Below, one piece after another: positions 39,296-48,466 of a stretch of DNA of 64,000 bases. The stretch comes from Candidatus Latescibacterota bacterium. GTDB lineage: Bacteria; Latescibacterota; UBA2968; UBA8231. The notes beneath the pieces are model-generated. The model did no database searches. It saw nothing but the letters and a program-made list of their open reading frames with translations, and was not told the origin of the DNA. The stretch spans positions 3,808,001 through 3,872,000 of the forward strand of contig OZ244561.1 of NCBI GenBank assembly GCA_965217585.1, in the 5' to 3' direction. Made by a program: the position numbers and the translations under genes. Every line of letters starts with the position of its first letter. Position 1 is the first letter of the stretch.

Positions 39296-39516
39296 GTCTT
39301 GTTCCTCCGACTGCTGATGCGATATAGATAATCCGTGGTCTGCCGTATAGTTATTGGCATGGATAAAAGCGGATTATCATAGCCTAGTCAACCGAGACCA
39401 TCAGCACTCGACGAGAGCCAGCCGACTATCGGGAAAACGCTTGACAGAAGAGTGGGAGGTCGAGATTGTTGACTATCTAATGGCACAGTCGTCGGCCCCG
39501 TGAGAAGGAAAAAAGA

Positions 39517-40266
39517 ATGACGCAGGAAGAAGCCTGGTACTTCCGCCACAACGGCTTCCACCGAGTAGCTCGGCCCCTGCCGAGAAAGTTGGTGGCTCGC
39601 CTGAACGCGGTCACGGACGAACAGATCGCAACCCTAGCGGAGCCCGTCGAGTGGGAGACCGGCACCAACTCGCGCACGCCCGAGGACGTGCGTCGCCTGT
39701 CGAAAATCCTAGCGCGGGATCCAGTGTATCTCGAAGCAGCGACCCACCCGATCGTGCTCGATGCCCTCGCGGGCGTGCTCGGCGACAACATCGAATTGCT
39801 GACCAACAAACACAACCACATCATGGTGCGGCCGCCTAGCTCGGCCCCGGTGCCGTGGCATTCCGGCGAGGAGTTGTACGAGCCGACCTTAATCACGGCG
39901 CTCATCTATCTGGAGGAATCGACCATCGACAACGGCTGTGTGTACCTGGTCCCGGGCAGTCACTTGCGGCCCTTTGCAAAGCCGCGTCGCCCCAGCGGCG
40001 ACTTCCGGCGCAATCCACTATACCGGCGCTCGCTGCCCGTGCCTATGTCAGCGGGTGGCGTGCTGCTGTTCAACGACTGCTGCTTCCACGGCTCCGATGT
40101 CAACCGCAGCAATGGTTCGCGGCGCAGCATGACCCTTGGATACAGCGCGCACGACTCGCACGATGTATTGAAGGACGATCCAGAGAAGATCCTAGTGCGC
40201 GGCGAGCGGGCCTACACCGGCCATCCCCATCCGTTCCCCAATCCAGAGAAAGGGAAGAAGACGTGA
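39517..40266 (+). CDS. PhyH-family Fe(II)/2-oxoglutarate oxygenase with HxG motif (candidate halogenase)
   Basis: PWHSG in place of WHxD; NGCVYLVPGSH; GGVLLF...FHGS..NRS...RR. Confidence 0.8.
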   Translation: MTQEEAWYFRHNGFHRVARPLPRKLVARLNAVTDEQIATLAEPVEWETGTNSRTPEDVRRLSKILARDPVYLEAATHPIVLDALAGVLGDNIELLTNKHNHIMVRPPSSAPVPWHSGEELYEPTLITALIYLEESTIDNGCVYLVPGSHLRPFAKPRRPSGDFRRNPLYRRSLPVPMSAGGVLLFNDCCFHGSDVNRSNGSRRSMTLGYSAHDSHDVLKDDPEKILVRGERAYTGHPHPFPNPEKGKKT

Positions 40267-41492
40267 CTCCTTGGGAAGAGAATATCCAGCAAGCGAGGGC
40301 CGTGGCGCTCGAAATCCTGCAACCGTCCGCATCGCAGTTGGAGCACGGGCTGGCCTTGCACCGCGACGCCATCGTGTGCGAGTCGTACAGCCTCGGGCTG
40401 CTAGCACCAATCGACGGCGAGGCCATGGCGCAGGCCGTGGAGGCGCGGGCCTCGGAGGTTGAGTTGCAGTACCTGTCGGAGCAGATGCGAATGACGCGCT
40501 GGGCCTATGACGACGAGCTAAAGGCCGAGTACTTGGGGGCCTGGGAGGCGTCCGGGGTGACTTGCGCCTTTCAAAACGCCGGCGAGGAGGGCAACAACCC
40601 CATGCGCATGTTGGGGCGACTAGCGCACTATACGCATCTGACGGATCGCCTGCGCGACCACGTGGCGCGGGCCGCCTTCCCCGACGACATCGTCGCCGCC
40701 AAAGCCGCTGGACGGCACTGCATCTATCAGACGTGCAACGGCGTGCCCCTCCCAGGAGAGCAGGCCACGGTCGAGCAGGAACTGCGTTTCATCAGCCAGT
40801 TCTTTGAGCTCGGCTGCCGCATGATGCACCTGACCTACAACCGCCGCAACCCCATTGGCGACGGCTGTGCCGAGCCAGCCAACGCCGGTTTGAGCGACTT
40901 TGGCCGTGCTGTGATCGCCGAGATGAACAAGGTCGGCGTGATTGCCGACGTGGCCCACTCCGGCTGGCAGACCTGTCTAGACGCGGCCGAAGTGTCGCAA
41001 AAGCCGATCGTCGCCAGCCATTCGGCCTGCGCGGCCCTGAACCACCACCATCGCTGCAAGCCGGACGACGTGATGCGGGCAATCGCCGACAAGGGCGGAA
41101 CCGTGGGCATCACCAATGTGCCGGCCTTTGTCGGCGGCAGCGGCTGTATCGACGCCATGCTCGACCACATCGACCACGCGGTGCAGGTCATCGGCGTCGA
41201 TCACGTGACGATTGGCACGGATCGATCCTACATTAGCTGCCGCGCCAAGGAAGAGAGCGCCAAGGTGCCGGCGCGACCGGGCAGCCGCCCGCGCTGGGAG
41301 GCCCTGTGGGAGGTCAACGACCCCGTGCAACGCTCCGAGTGGCGTCAAGAGCGCATGTTCCAGAGCACGGCGTGGACGAACTTCCCGCTGTTCACGGTCG
41401 GCATGGTGCAACGCGGTTATGCCGATGACGACATCCGCAAAATCCTCGGCGGCAACATCCTCAGAGTTGCCCGGGAAGTGTTAGGAGAGTAG
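40263..41492 (+). CDS. Membrane dipeptidase (peptidase M19)-like amidohydrolase
   Basis: GTG 40263 overlaps the upstream TGA. LTYNRRNPIGDG, GLSDFGRAVIAEMNKVG, DVAHSG, ASHS, IGTD, KILGGN. Confidence 0.82.
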   Translation: MTPWEENIQQARAVALEILQPSASQLEHGLALHRDAIVCESYSLGLLAPIDGEAMAQAVEARASEVELQYLSEQMRMTRWAYDDELKAEYLGAWEASGVTCAFQNAGEEGNNPMRMLGRLAHYTHLTDRLRDHVARAAFPDDIVAAKAAGRHCIYQTCNGVPLPGEQATVEQELRFISQFFELGCRMMHLTYNRRNPIGDGCAEPANAGLSDFGRAVIAEMNKVGVIADVAHSGWQTCLDAAEVSQKPIVASHSACAALNHHHRCKPDDVMRAIADKGGTVGITNVPAFVGGSGCIDAMLDHIDHAVQVIGVDHVTIGTDRSYISCRAKEESAKVPARPGSRPRWEALWEVNDPVQRSEWRQERMFQSTAWTNFPLFTVGMVQRGYADDDIRKILGGNILRVAREVLGE

Positions 41493-41521
41493 GGAGCCAA
41501 CACTCAATCCCGGCAAACGAA

Positions 41522-42337
41522 TCAGTCCCACTCAACCTTCTGATAACGGCTTAGTAGCTGTTGGCCTTTGGCCGACAGAGCTTCATACGCAGCCTGCGGC
41601 ATTTCGACGTTCCGCGCGATGGCATACCAGTCGCGGCAGTAGCAGACAACGAGTTCGGGGCGCGGGTCTGAGGTGCAGTTGGGAGTGCCGCGGTGAAGGG
41701 TGCGCACGTCTTGGATCCACATCGAGCCTTTTTTGAGGTTGAGGCGGTGAGCCGAGGGGAAGTGGCCTTTGCGGAGGATTTCGTCGTAGTGGCCTTCGAG
41801 TTCCGGGTCGGCTAGGTACTGGGTCGAGGGGAGGACTTCAAAGCTGCCGTTTTCCTCCGAGGTTTCGACCAAGGGAAACTTGACACCTACTACGGGGACG
41901 GTTTCGAGGCCGACGTGGGGGATCTCGCGGGCGATACCGGTGTCGCGGTGCCAGTGTTGGAAGGCGCTCCCTTCGCAGGGGGTATTGGAGTGGTAGCAGG
42001 TGATGACGTAGCTGTCGGGACGCCAGCAGCGGTCGAGAAATTCTAAGATAACGGGATGTTCGTAGATATCCGGGTCCGCGAAGGGTTCGACCCACGGGAT
42101 GGTCAGGGTGTAGCGACAGGTCGTCTGCAAACGCCCCTGGCCGATGCGCGGGTCACCCAGCTCGACGTTGGAAACCTCGGTTTCGCGTTCCTGGATATGC
42201 GTCAGCAGCGGCAGGAATGCCTCGCGGATCTGGTCGATCTTTTCCCCGGGAATCATGTTCTCAAAGACGGTGTAGCCGTTGATTTTGAATTCGGCGAGCT
42301 TCAGGTCGAAATCTACATCGGCGCAAGTGAGGGTCAT
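41522..42337 (-). CDS. PhyH-family Fe(II)/2OG dioxygenase
   Basis: QHWHRD, ENGSFEVLPST, TLHRGTPN...RP. Confidence 0.85.
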   Translation of the reverse strand: MTLTCADVDFDLKLAEFKINGYTVFENMIPGEKIDQIREAFLPLLTHIQERETEVSNVELGDPRIGQGRLQTTCRYTLTIPWVEPFADPDIYEHPVILEFLDRCWRPDSYVITCYHSNTPCEGSAFQHWHRDTGIAREIPHVGLETVPVVGVKFPLVETSEENGSFEVLPSTQYLADPELEGHYDEILRKGHFPSAHRLNLKKGSMWIQDVRTLHRGTPNCTSDPRPELVVCYCRDWYAIARNVEMPQAAYEALSAKGQQLLSRYQKVEWD

Positions 42338-42371
42338 GGCAATCTCCGTTCGTTTGGCCTTTGTGCTACAC

Positions 42372-43103
42372 TCAGTCCCCGGTGCTTCCCTTGAGACAGC
42401 TCAATAGTTGAGTGCCTCGGTCCATTAGCAGGTCGAGGTCCGACTTGAAGGTGAGGGCCTGGAAGCCTGCGGCTTTTTTGGCTGCGAAGTCTTCGGGAGA
42501 ATACGTGTTGCAGCAGGGTTTTTTGCCGGCTGCTAGGGCTGTGGAGACAATCCGCTCCATCGACGCCTGATAGGCGGGGTCCTGTTCATAGACGGGACGA
42601 TGGCGCGACAGGCCCATCGACAGCGCTAGATCAACCGGCCCGACAAAGCAGCCATCGACGCCGGGCAGAGCCATGATTTCTTCGGCTCGCTCAACGGCAT
42701 CGATGTGTTCCATTTGCACCAGCAGCAGGGTCTCGTCGTTGGCCTTTTCAAAATAGTCATCGCCGTAGTGGAGATAGTGGTCGCCGCCCAGCGAGCGCGC
42801 TCCTGTGGGCGGGTATTTGGCGGCGCGGGCGACTGCCTGGGCCGCGGCGAGCGAGTTGACCATCGGCACTACGACGCCGCCCGCTCCTAGATCAAGGGCT
42901 TTTTCCACTTCGCCGGGGTTGCCGATGGAGGTGCGGATCAGGGGGCGAGCACCGGTCGGGCGGGCGGCGTAGATGCACTCATAGGCGGTCTCCCAAGTCA
43001 TCGGGCCGTGTTGGAGGTCGAGGACGATCCAGTCCCAGCCCATCAGCCCTAAGTAGCGGGAAATCGCCGGTTGGGGAATAGTCTGCCAGATGCCAACATT
43101 CAT
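42372..43103 (-). CDS. HpcH/HpaI family aldolase
   Basis: DWIVLDLQHG, ALDLGAGGVVVPMV, YPPTGARS, FVGPVDL. Confidence 0.88.
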   Translation of the reverse strand: MNVGIWQTIPQPAISRYLGLMGWDWIVLDLQHGPMTWETAYECIYAARPTGARPLIRTSIGNPGEVEKALDLGAGGVVVPMVNSLAAAQAVARAAKYPPTGARSLGGDHYLHYGDDYFEKANDETLLLVQMEHIDAVERAEEIMALPGVDGCFVGPVDLALSMGLSRHRPVYEQDPAYQASMERIVSTALAAGKKPCCNTYSPEDFAAKKAAGFQALTFKSDLDLLMDRGTQLLSCLKGSTGD

Positions 43104-43106
43104 CGC

Positions 43107-43937
43107 CTAGAGGCCAATCTGCTCGGCGGGCGCGTTGGGCATACCCGGATGCGAGCCGCCGGCGTTCTTGGAGAGGTTGCCGCCGTCTAGGGGCAGCATC
43201 ACGCCAGTGATCCAAGCCGAGGCGTCCGAGGCGAGGAAAATTGCCGCGCCCTTGATGTCGTTGGAGTCGCCGAGACGACCCATGGGGAGGCCGCGCAAAT
43301 AGGTTTCGCCCAGCGCGGGATCCGCGGCGATGCGCTCCTTGAGGTCGGCGTTCATTAGCTGGGCGCAGACAATGGCGTTGACGCGCACGCCCTTGGCAGC
43401 CCACTCCGTGCTCAGCTCGCGGGTCATCTGCGCGGCGGCACCCATGCCCATGCTGTACGAGAGGTGGCTGCGTCCCATGGCATTGATGCCAGCGATCGAC
43501 ACGAGGTTGATGATGCTGCCGCCGTGGCCCGAGGCCATCATGCGCCGGCCGGCCTCTTGGCAACAGACTAGGCGACCGACCACGAGGTTTCGCAGGGTAA
43601 ACTCGACCTCCTCGGGTGTCAGGTCGAGCGGGGTATTGCGCCGTGCATTGCCGGCCACATTGCCCACGATGTCGATGCGGCCGTATTCTGCATCTACTAA
43701 TTCAAACATGATGCGGATCTGATCGGGTTGGGACATGTCGCACGTCACCGGGAGGACGCGGCGGCCCAAGGCACCCAGTTCTCGGGCCGTCGTGGCCAAA
43801 CCGTCGGCGTTAATGTCGGCCAAGACGAGGTCGGCCCCTGCTTCGGCAAAGCCGGTGGCCATGGCTTTGCCGAGGCCGCTGGCCGCACCAGAGACCAAGG
43901 CGACGCGGTTGGATAGGTCGAAGAGCGGATGGGACAT
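43107..43937 (-). CDS. SDR family NAD(P)-dependent oxidoreductase (atypical YxxxM active site)
   Basis: SGAASGLG, GSIINLVS, YSMGM, GVRVNAI, PMGRLG, ITG..LPLDGG. Confidence 0.88.
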   Translation of the reverse strand: MSHPLFDLSNRVALVSGAASGLGKAMATGFAEAGADLVLADINADGLATTARELGALGRRVLPVTCDMSQPDQIRIMFELVDAEYGRIDIVGNVAGNARRNTPLDLTPEEVEFTLRNLVVGRLVCCQEAGRRMMASGHGGSIINLVSIAGINAMGRSHLSYSMGMGAAAQMTRELSTEWAAKGVRVNAIVCAQLMNADLKERIAADPALGETYLRGLPMGRLGDSNDIKGAAIFLASDASAWITGVMLPLDGGNLSKNAGGSHPGMPNAPAEQIGL

Positions 43938-44068
43938 GACAGCCTCCTGATTTTGTTTGGCTCAGAACATAGGGGCACCGATAGCAGCGGCCAAGCCCTG
44001 CCGCGCTTGCGGCGAGTTGTTCGCACGCTCTATATTTGCTGCCGCAAATTGAACCTACCGGAGCCGAC

Positions 44069-44470
44069 ATGACCACTGCCATAGACGGCTGGATACGCCA
44101 GTCGCAAGAGAAAATTTTAAGCGGTGCGGGCGTCACCTTGCAGGACTTAGACGCCCTGCGCGACCTACAGAGCGGCGAGCAGCAGCACCTCCTCTACATC
44201 TGGGCCGACCAAGACCGCATCGACGCGGGCGTCATCGCGTGGAACTACTTCGGCCCTTTTGATAGCGAGTTCCGCTTCGACCCCAAAAACGAATGTCCTT
44301 ATGCCAACGCGGCCGCGGCCATGGCCGACGGGTGGCGGGTGGTGTCTTTTCCTGGCGTGGAGTACCCGCAGGAAAATGCCCACAACCAACTCGGTTTTGA
44401 ATTTATCCTAGAGCGCTACTTCCGGCCCGGCGAGGGGCTGGATTACACGCCGCACGGCCAGCGTCAATAA
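44069..44470 (+). CDS. Hypothetical protein (133 aa)
   Basis: ATG 44069 with GGAG RBS; first gene of a co-directional run; motif AMADGWRVVSFP...EFILE. Confidence 0.6.
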   Translation: MTTAIDGWIRQSQEKILSGAGVTLQDLDALRDLQSGEQQHLLYIWADQDRIDAGVIAWNYFGPFDSEFRFDPKNECPYANAAAAMADGWRVVSFPGVEYPQENAHNQLGFEFILERYFRPGEGLDYTPHGQRQ

Positions 44471-44482
44471 ACGGAGGGGACC

Positions 44483-45280
44483 ATGGAAGCCAACTGGAAA
44501 GAGCTCAAAAAAGAATTCTTCGACACCGGCTACGTCGTACTCGACGGCTGGATTGAGCCCGAGCTGGCGGAACGGACCAATCAGGACGCCCATGAGTACG
44601 GTGCCATCGACGTCTTTGAGTGCGAGAGCATCGGCGATTTGCTCTGCCACGCCAAGATCGTCGCATTTATCTCGTTCCTGCTGGAGACGCCCGAGGTCGC
44701 CATCAGCCCTTTCCGCTTCTGGAACCACCTTACGCAAGGCGGCCAAAGCGACGGCGGCGGCTGGCACGTGGACGACACCTATATGGCCGACCGGCCGCTG
44801 ACCGAGATCTTGTGCATGTACTACCCGCAGGACGTGGAGGAAGACATGGGGCCGACCATGCTGTTGCCCGGCAGTCACCGGCGGCTCTACACGCCGCCGC
44901 AGACCGCCAAGCTCGGCTGGATCCGCGGGCAGCAAAAAGTGGTCGCCAAGGCCGGTGCCCTCGCCGTGACCTTTGCCTCGATTCTCCACGCCCGCGCCGC
45001 GCATTTGTCCGCCAAGCCGCGCTCCATGATCAAATACGGCTACGAGGTGGCCGACCCCCAATACGGCTACTACCTGACCGAGCAAGCCTACCGCAACTTT
45101 CGCCGCACCGAACTGGGCCGTTCGCTGACGCGGCTAGCCGAGGTCAAGGACAAGGACGACGCGCTGTGGAATTCCTACTGGAAATCGCATCAGAGCTATA
45201 CTTTTCAAGACTTCAAACACCAAATCGGCGTGGTCGGGCGACGGCTGCGCAAGCACCTCGACCACGAACAGGTTAGCTAA
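44483..45280 (+). CDS. PhyH-family Fe(II)/2OG dioxygenase
   Basis: GWHVD, YYPQDV..MGPTMLLPGSH, ILHAR...PRSMIK. Confidence 0.85.
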   Translation: MEANWKELKKEFFDTGYVVLDGWIEPELAERTNQDAHEYGAIDVFECESIGDLLCHAKIVAFISFLLETPEVAISPFRFWNHLTQGGQSDGGGWHVDDTYMADRPLTEILCMYYPQDVEEDMGPTMLLPGSHRRLYTPPQTAKLGWIRGQQKVVAKAGALAVTFASILHARAAHLSAKPRSMIKYGYEVADPQYGYYLTEQAYRNFRRTELGRSLTRLAEVKDKDDALWNSYWKSHQSYTFQDFKHQIGVVGRRLRKHLDHEQVS

Positions 45281-45297
45281 CGAAGAGGAGAAATTCG

Positions 45298-45669
45298 ATG
45301 GTACACAAAATTCACAAGATCGCGGTCGTAACCGACGATGTTGAAGGAGCAGTGGCGTTTTACACGCAGAAACTAGGGCTTACTGTGGTGGAGCGCTTTG
45401 CCAACGAGGAGGACGACGACTATGTCTTCCTCGACGCCGGCGGTATCCTGTTGGAGCTCATGCCGCAAAAGACCGAGGGGCACGACCCTGGTTTCCACCA
45501 CATCTCCTTTGAGGTCGATAGCGTGGAAGACAGCGCGCAGGAGTTGAAGGACAAGGAGGTCACCATCACCAAAGAGCCTTTTGACGTCGGTGGGGGGACC
45601 GGTATCACCTTGGGATTTTTCGAGGGGCCAAACCAACTGCACCTTCAGCTCTTCCACCGCGAGAAATGA
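45298..45669 (+). CDS. VOC family protein (methylmalonyl-CoA epimerase/glyoxalase-like)
   Basis: IAVVTDDVEGAVAFYTQKLGL, LELM, GFHHISFEVD. Confidence 0.85.
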   Translation: MVHKIHKIAVVTDDVEGAVAFYTQKLGLTVVERFANEEDDDYVFLDAGGILLELMPQKTEGHDPGFHHISFEVDSVEDSAQELKDKEVTITKEPFDVGGGTGITLGFFEGPNQLHLQLFHREK

Positions 45670-45676
45670 GGCCATC

Positions 45677-46495
45677 ATGCGCATAGCGAGAGCCGACCGT
45701 GCAGATATGAAGGAGCTGAGCGACGTCCACGGCGGTGCCGGGACGATCCTCTTCAACCGCCTGTGGGAACGCGACGATTTCGAGTCGCCCTTCGCCTTTG
45801 TCCACTGTGCGATCCTCCTACCCGGCGGCGGAATTGGCTACCACCGCCACGACGACAGCGAGGAGATTTTTATCGCCATTGACAACGCCTCGCAGTTCAC
45901 CCACAACGGGCGCACCGCCGTAGTTGAGGGTGGGGCCGCAGTGCCGTTGCGCTCGGGCGAGATCCACGCCATCTACAACCACACCGACCGCGAGACGCGC
46001 TGGTTCAACGTCCACTGCGTGGTTCCCGGAGGCGAACCCAAATCGACCGATCTGGGCGACGACCGGGTCGGTGCTGAACTGGAGTCCACCGATCGCCTGC
46101 CGGTGGGGCGTCTAGACCGCGGTGCGCTGAAATACGGCCAAGCGCACGGCGGCAAGGGCGCAGTCGGCGGTCGGCTCATCTGGGGACCGGAGGATTTCCG
46201 CAGCAATTTCTACTGTTTGGCCCACTGTCTGTTGCCGCCGGACACTTCGCTCGGCTACCACCGCCACGAAGGCGTCGAGGAGGTCTATATCATCATCGAG
46301 GGCAGCGGGCGGATGACGGTGGACGATGAGACGCAAGAGGTCGCGCAGTGGGACGCGATTCCCAGTGGGCTGGGGAGCAGCCACGGCCTCTATAACCACA
46401 CGCAAGAAAATCTCGAATTGTTGGTCGTCGCCGTCTGCGCCGAGAAGGGGCAGTTCGACTCAACGGACCTCGGCGACGATCTAAGCCAACGCTAA
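45677..46495 (+). CDS. Bicupin domain protein
   Basis: ATG 45677; two cupin units GYHRHDDSEEIF...HAIYN and GYHRHEGVEEVY...HGLYN. Confidence 0.85.
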   Translation: MRIARADRADMKELSDVHGGAGTILFNRLWERDDFESPFAFVHCAILLPGGGIGYHRHDDSEEIFIAIDNASQFTHNGRTAVVEGGAAVPLRSGEIHAIYNHTDRETRWFNVHCVVPGGEPKSTDLGDDRVGAELESTDRLPVGRLDRGALKYGQAHGGKGAVGGRLIWGPEDFRSNFYCLAHCLLPPDTSLGYHRHEGVEEVYIIIEGSGRMTVDDETQEVAQWDAIPSGLGSSHGLYNHTQENLELLVVAVCAEKGQFDSTDLGDDLSQR

Positions 46496-46512
46496 CAGAA
46501 AGGACCATTCCT

Positions 46513-47322
46513 ATGGCATCCGTGAAGATCACCTTTATCGGCCACGCTTCTTTCCGCTTCGAGTCCGACAAAGGCTCGGTCACTTACTTCGACGCTTGGC
46601 TCGACGACAATCCCACCGCCAAGATGAAGCTCAGCCAGGTTAAAGAAGCTGATATCGTCATCGCCAGCCACGGCCACAGCGATCACATCGGCGACTCCTA
46701 CGAGATCTGCAAGCGCACCAAGGCCAAGTTCGTCGGCAACTACGAGCTTTGCTCAGTCGCCGAGGCGGTGCATGGGCTCAAAATGGGCTCGCGGGCGCTG
46801 TCGATGAATCCCGGCGGCACTGTCAAGGTCAAAGACGCCACGATCACTATGGTACAGGCCCATCACTCGCAGTCGCTATCGCCGCACGTCATCGGCGGCG
46901 AACTGCCAGCGGGGCTGCTCTTCCACCCCGACAGCGCGGTCAACGGTTTCATCGTTGCCTACAACAACGGCATCTCCATATACGACACCTCCGACACCTG
47001 CCTGTTCAGCGATATGCAGCTCATCGGCCAGATGTACGGACCGCAGATCGCGATTATGCCGGTGGGCGGGCAGTACACAATGGGGATCCGCGAGGCGGCG
47101 CGGGCGGCAAGCTTGATCCGCCCCGACATCGTCATTCCCTGCCACTACGGGCCGATTATGAACCAGCCAGCAGACATCGGCGCGTTGAGCGAAGCGGTAA
47201 AATTTCTCTCGCCGAATACACAGGTGGTGGAGATGCAGCCTGGGCAGACGTTGACCTATACGGCGAGTAGCTATCGGGTCGGTCGCCAAGGTGCTCGGCG
47301 CAAGCAGCAGGTCGATGCCTAG
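46513..47322 (+). CDS. Metallo-beta-lactamase-fold hydrolase (UPF0173-like)
   Basis: FIGHASF, SHGHSDHIGD, SDTCLFSDM, PVGGQYTMG, IPCHY. Confidence 0.88.
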   Translation: MASVKITFIGHASFRFESDKGSVTYFDAWLDDNPTAKMKLSQVKEADIVIASHGHSDHIGDSYEICKRTKAKFVGNYELCSVAEAVHGLKMGSRALSMNPGGTVKVKDATITMVQAHHSQSLSPHVIGGELPAGLLFHPDSAVNGFIVAYNNGISIYDTSDTCLFSDMQLIGQMYGPQIAIMPVGGQYTMGIREAARAASLIRPDIVIPCHYGPIMNQPADIGALSEAVKFLSPNTQVVEMQPGQTLTYTASSYRVGRQGARRKQQVDA

Positions 47323-47405
47323 CGACTTTCAGGCCAACGACCTCAATACGAGGTACCTACGAGTAAAGGTGCTGCTGCCCAGTTAATCGACACCAAGAGG
47401 CCAAA

Positions 47406-48419
47406 ATGACATCTACAAACATGCTGAAAGCCGTCCACTATCAGGACGTGGATCCCGGAACTCAGTGGATCAAGGACGCCGCCGTCGCCATCGATTCCAA
47501 CGGACCGCTCGATTCGGACCGAACTCTCACTCCGAACGTGGTCAGAATGGCAGGCGGATACCGCATGTACTATCACGGCCTCGGGCCGCAGCGTCCAAAC
47601 GCGGCTTCAAAGGGTTACATCCTCAGTGCCTTCTCCACCGATGCCGAGCACTGGGAGAAGGAGCCGGGTGTCAGAATGGATGCGGGCGGGGACGGCGCCG
47701 AGCACTACATCTGGAGCCCAGACGTCATTCCCCTAGCGGATGGCCGCTACCGCATGTACTACGAGGGGAAGACAGAGAGGGAGGACGGCCAAGTCAAGGC
47801 CGCAATTGTGAGTGCTGTTTCCGACGACGGTCTGGTCTGGGAACGAGAGCCGGGCCTGCGCCTAGTCGGAGCAAGCGTCTCCTATCTGGCACCTCGCTGT
47901 CTTCACCTCGACCCGGCCGCAGAGCAGGGCGGCCCCCGCTTTCGCCTCTACGCCAGTGCCTATCCCTATCCGGATGTTTCGCTGCCAAGCGCTTGCAGCA
48001 ACAGAAACATCGTCAGCGCAGTGTCAGAAGATGGTCTAGTGTTCGAGTTGGAGCCCGGCGTTCGCATACCCCAGGACCGAGCTTTCGAAAGCTCGGCCGT
48101 CTATGCCCCGGAGGTTTTGCGCCTAGGCGAGGGCGGCTTCCGCATGTTCTACGCAGGCTGGACGTCGGCTCCGGAGGTCCCCCGTGGATCAAAGTATCAC
48201 GGCAGAATCTTCAGCGCATTTTCCAAGGACGGTCTGCTGTGGGTCAAGGATCCGGGAATCTGCATTGACAATGGAGGACCATGGGACGCAGCCAAGGCCT
48301 CAGAGCCATGTGTGATTGACCTTGCCGACGGCCGCTTCCGCATGTTCTACGAAGCCTGTGATCTCGACGGACGCTGGCGCATTGCCAGCGCGACTTCGGT
48401 TGCATCTACGGCACCGTAA
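47406..48419 (+). CDS. Five-bladed beta-propeller glycoside-hydrolase-like protein
   Basis: Repeated blades P.V....G.YRMYY.G...I.SA.S.DG..W.KEPG. Confidence 0.7.
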   Translation: MTSTNMLKAVHYQDVDPGTQWIKDAAVAIDSNGPLDSDRTLTPNVVRMAGGYRMYYHGLGPQRPNAASKGYILSAFSTDAEHWEKEPGVRMDAGGDGAEHYIWSPDVIPLADGRYRMYYEGKTEREDGQVKAAIVSAVSDDGLVWEREPGLRLVGASVSYLAPRCLHLDPAAEQGGPRFRLYASAYPYPDVSLPSACSNRNIVSAVSEDGLVFELEPGVRIPQDRAFESSAVYAPEVLRLGEGGFRMFYAGWTSAPEVPRGSKYHGRIFSAFSKDGLLWVKDPGICIDNGGPWDAAKASEPCVIDLADGRFRMFYEACDLDGRWRIASATSVASTAP

Positions 48420-48466
48420 GGACATCCATACAACAAGCGATCACCCATAGCCAAAGGAGTACCGCC

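Noticed and set aside
39855-40262. N-terminal extension of the 545-aa ORF
   Set aside because: It overlaps the PhyH gene in another frame; the real start is GTG 40263 at the stop overlap.
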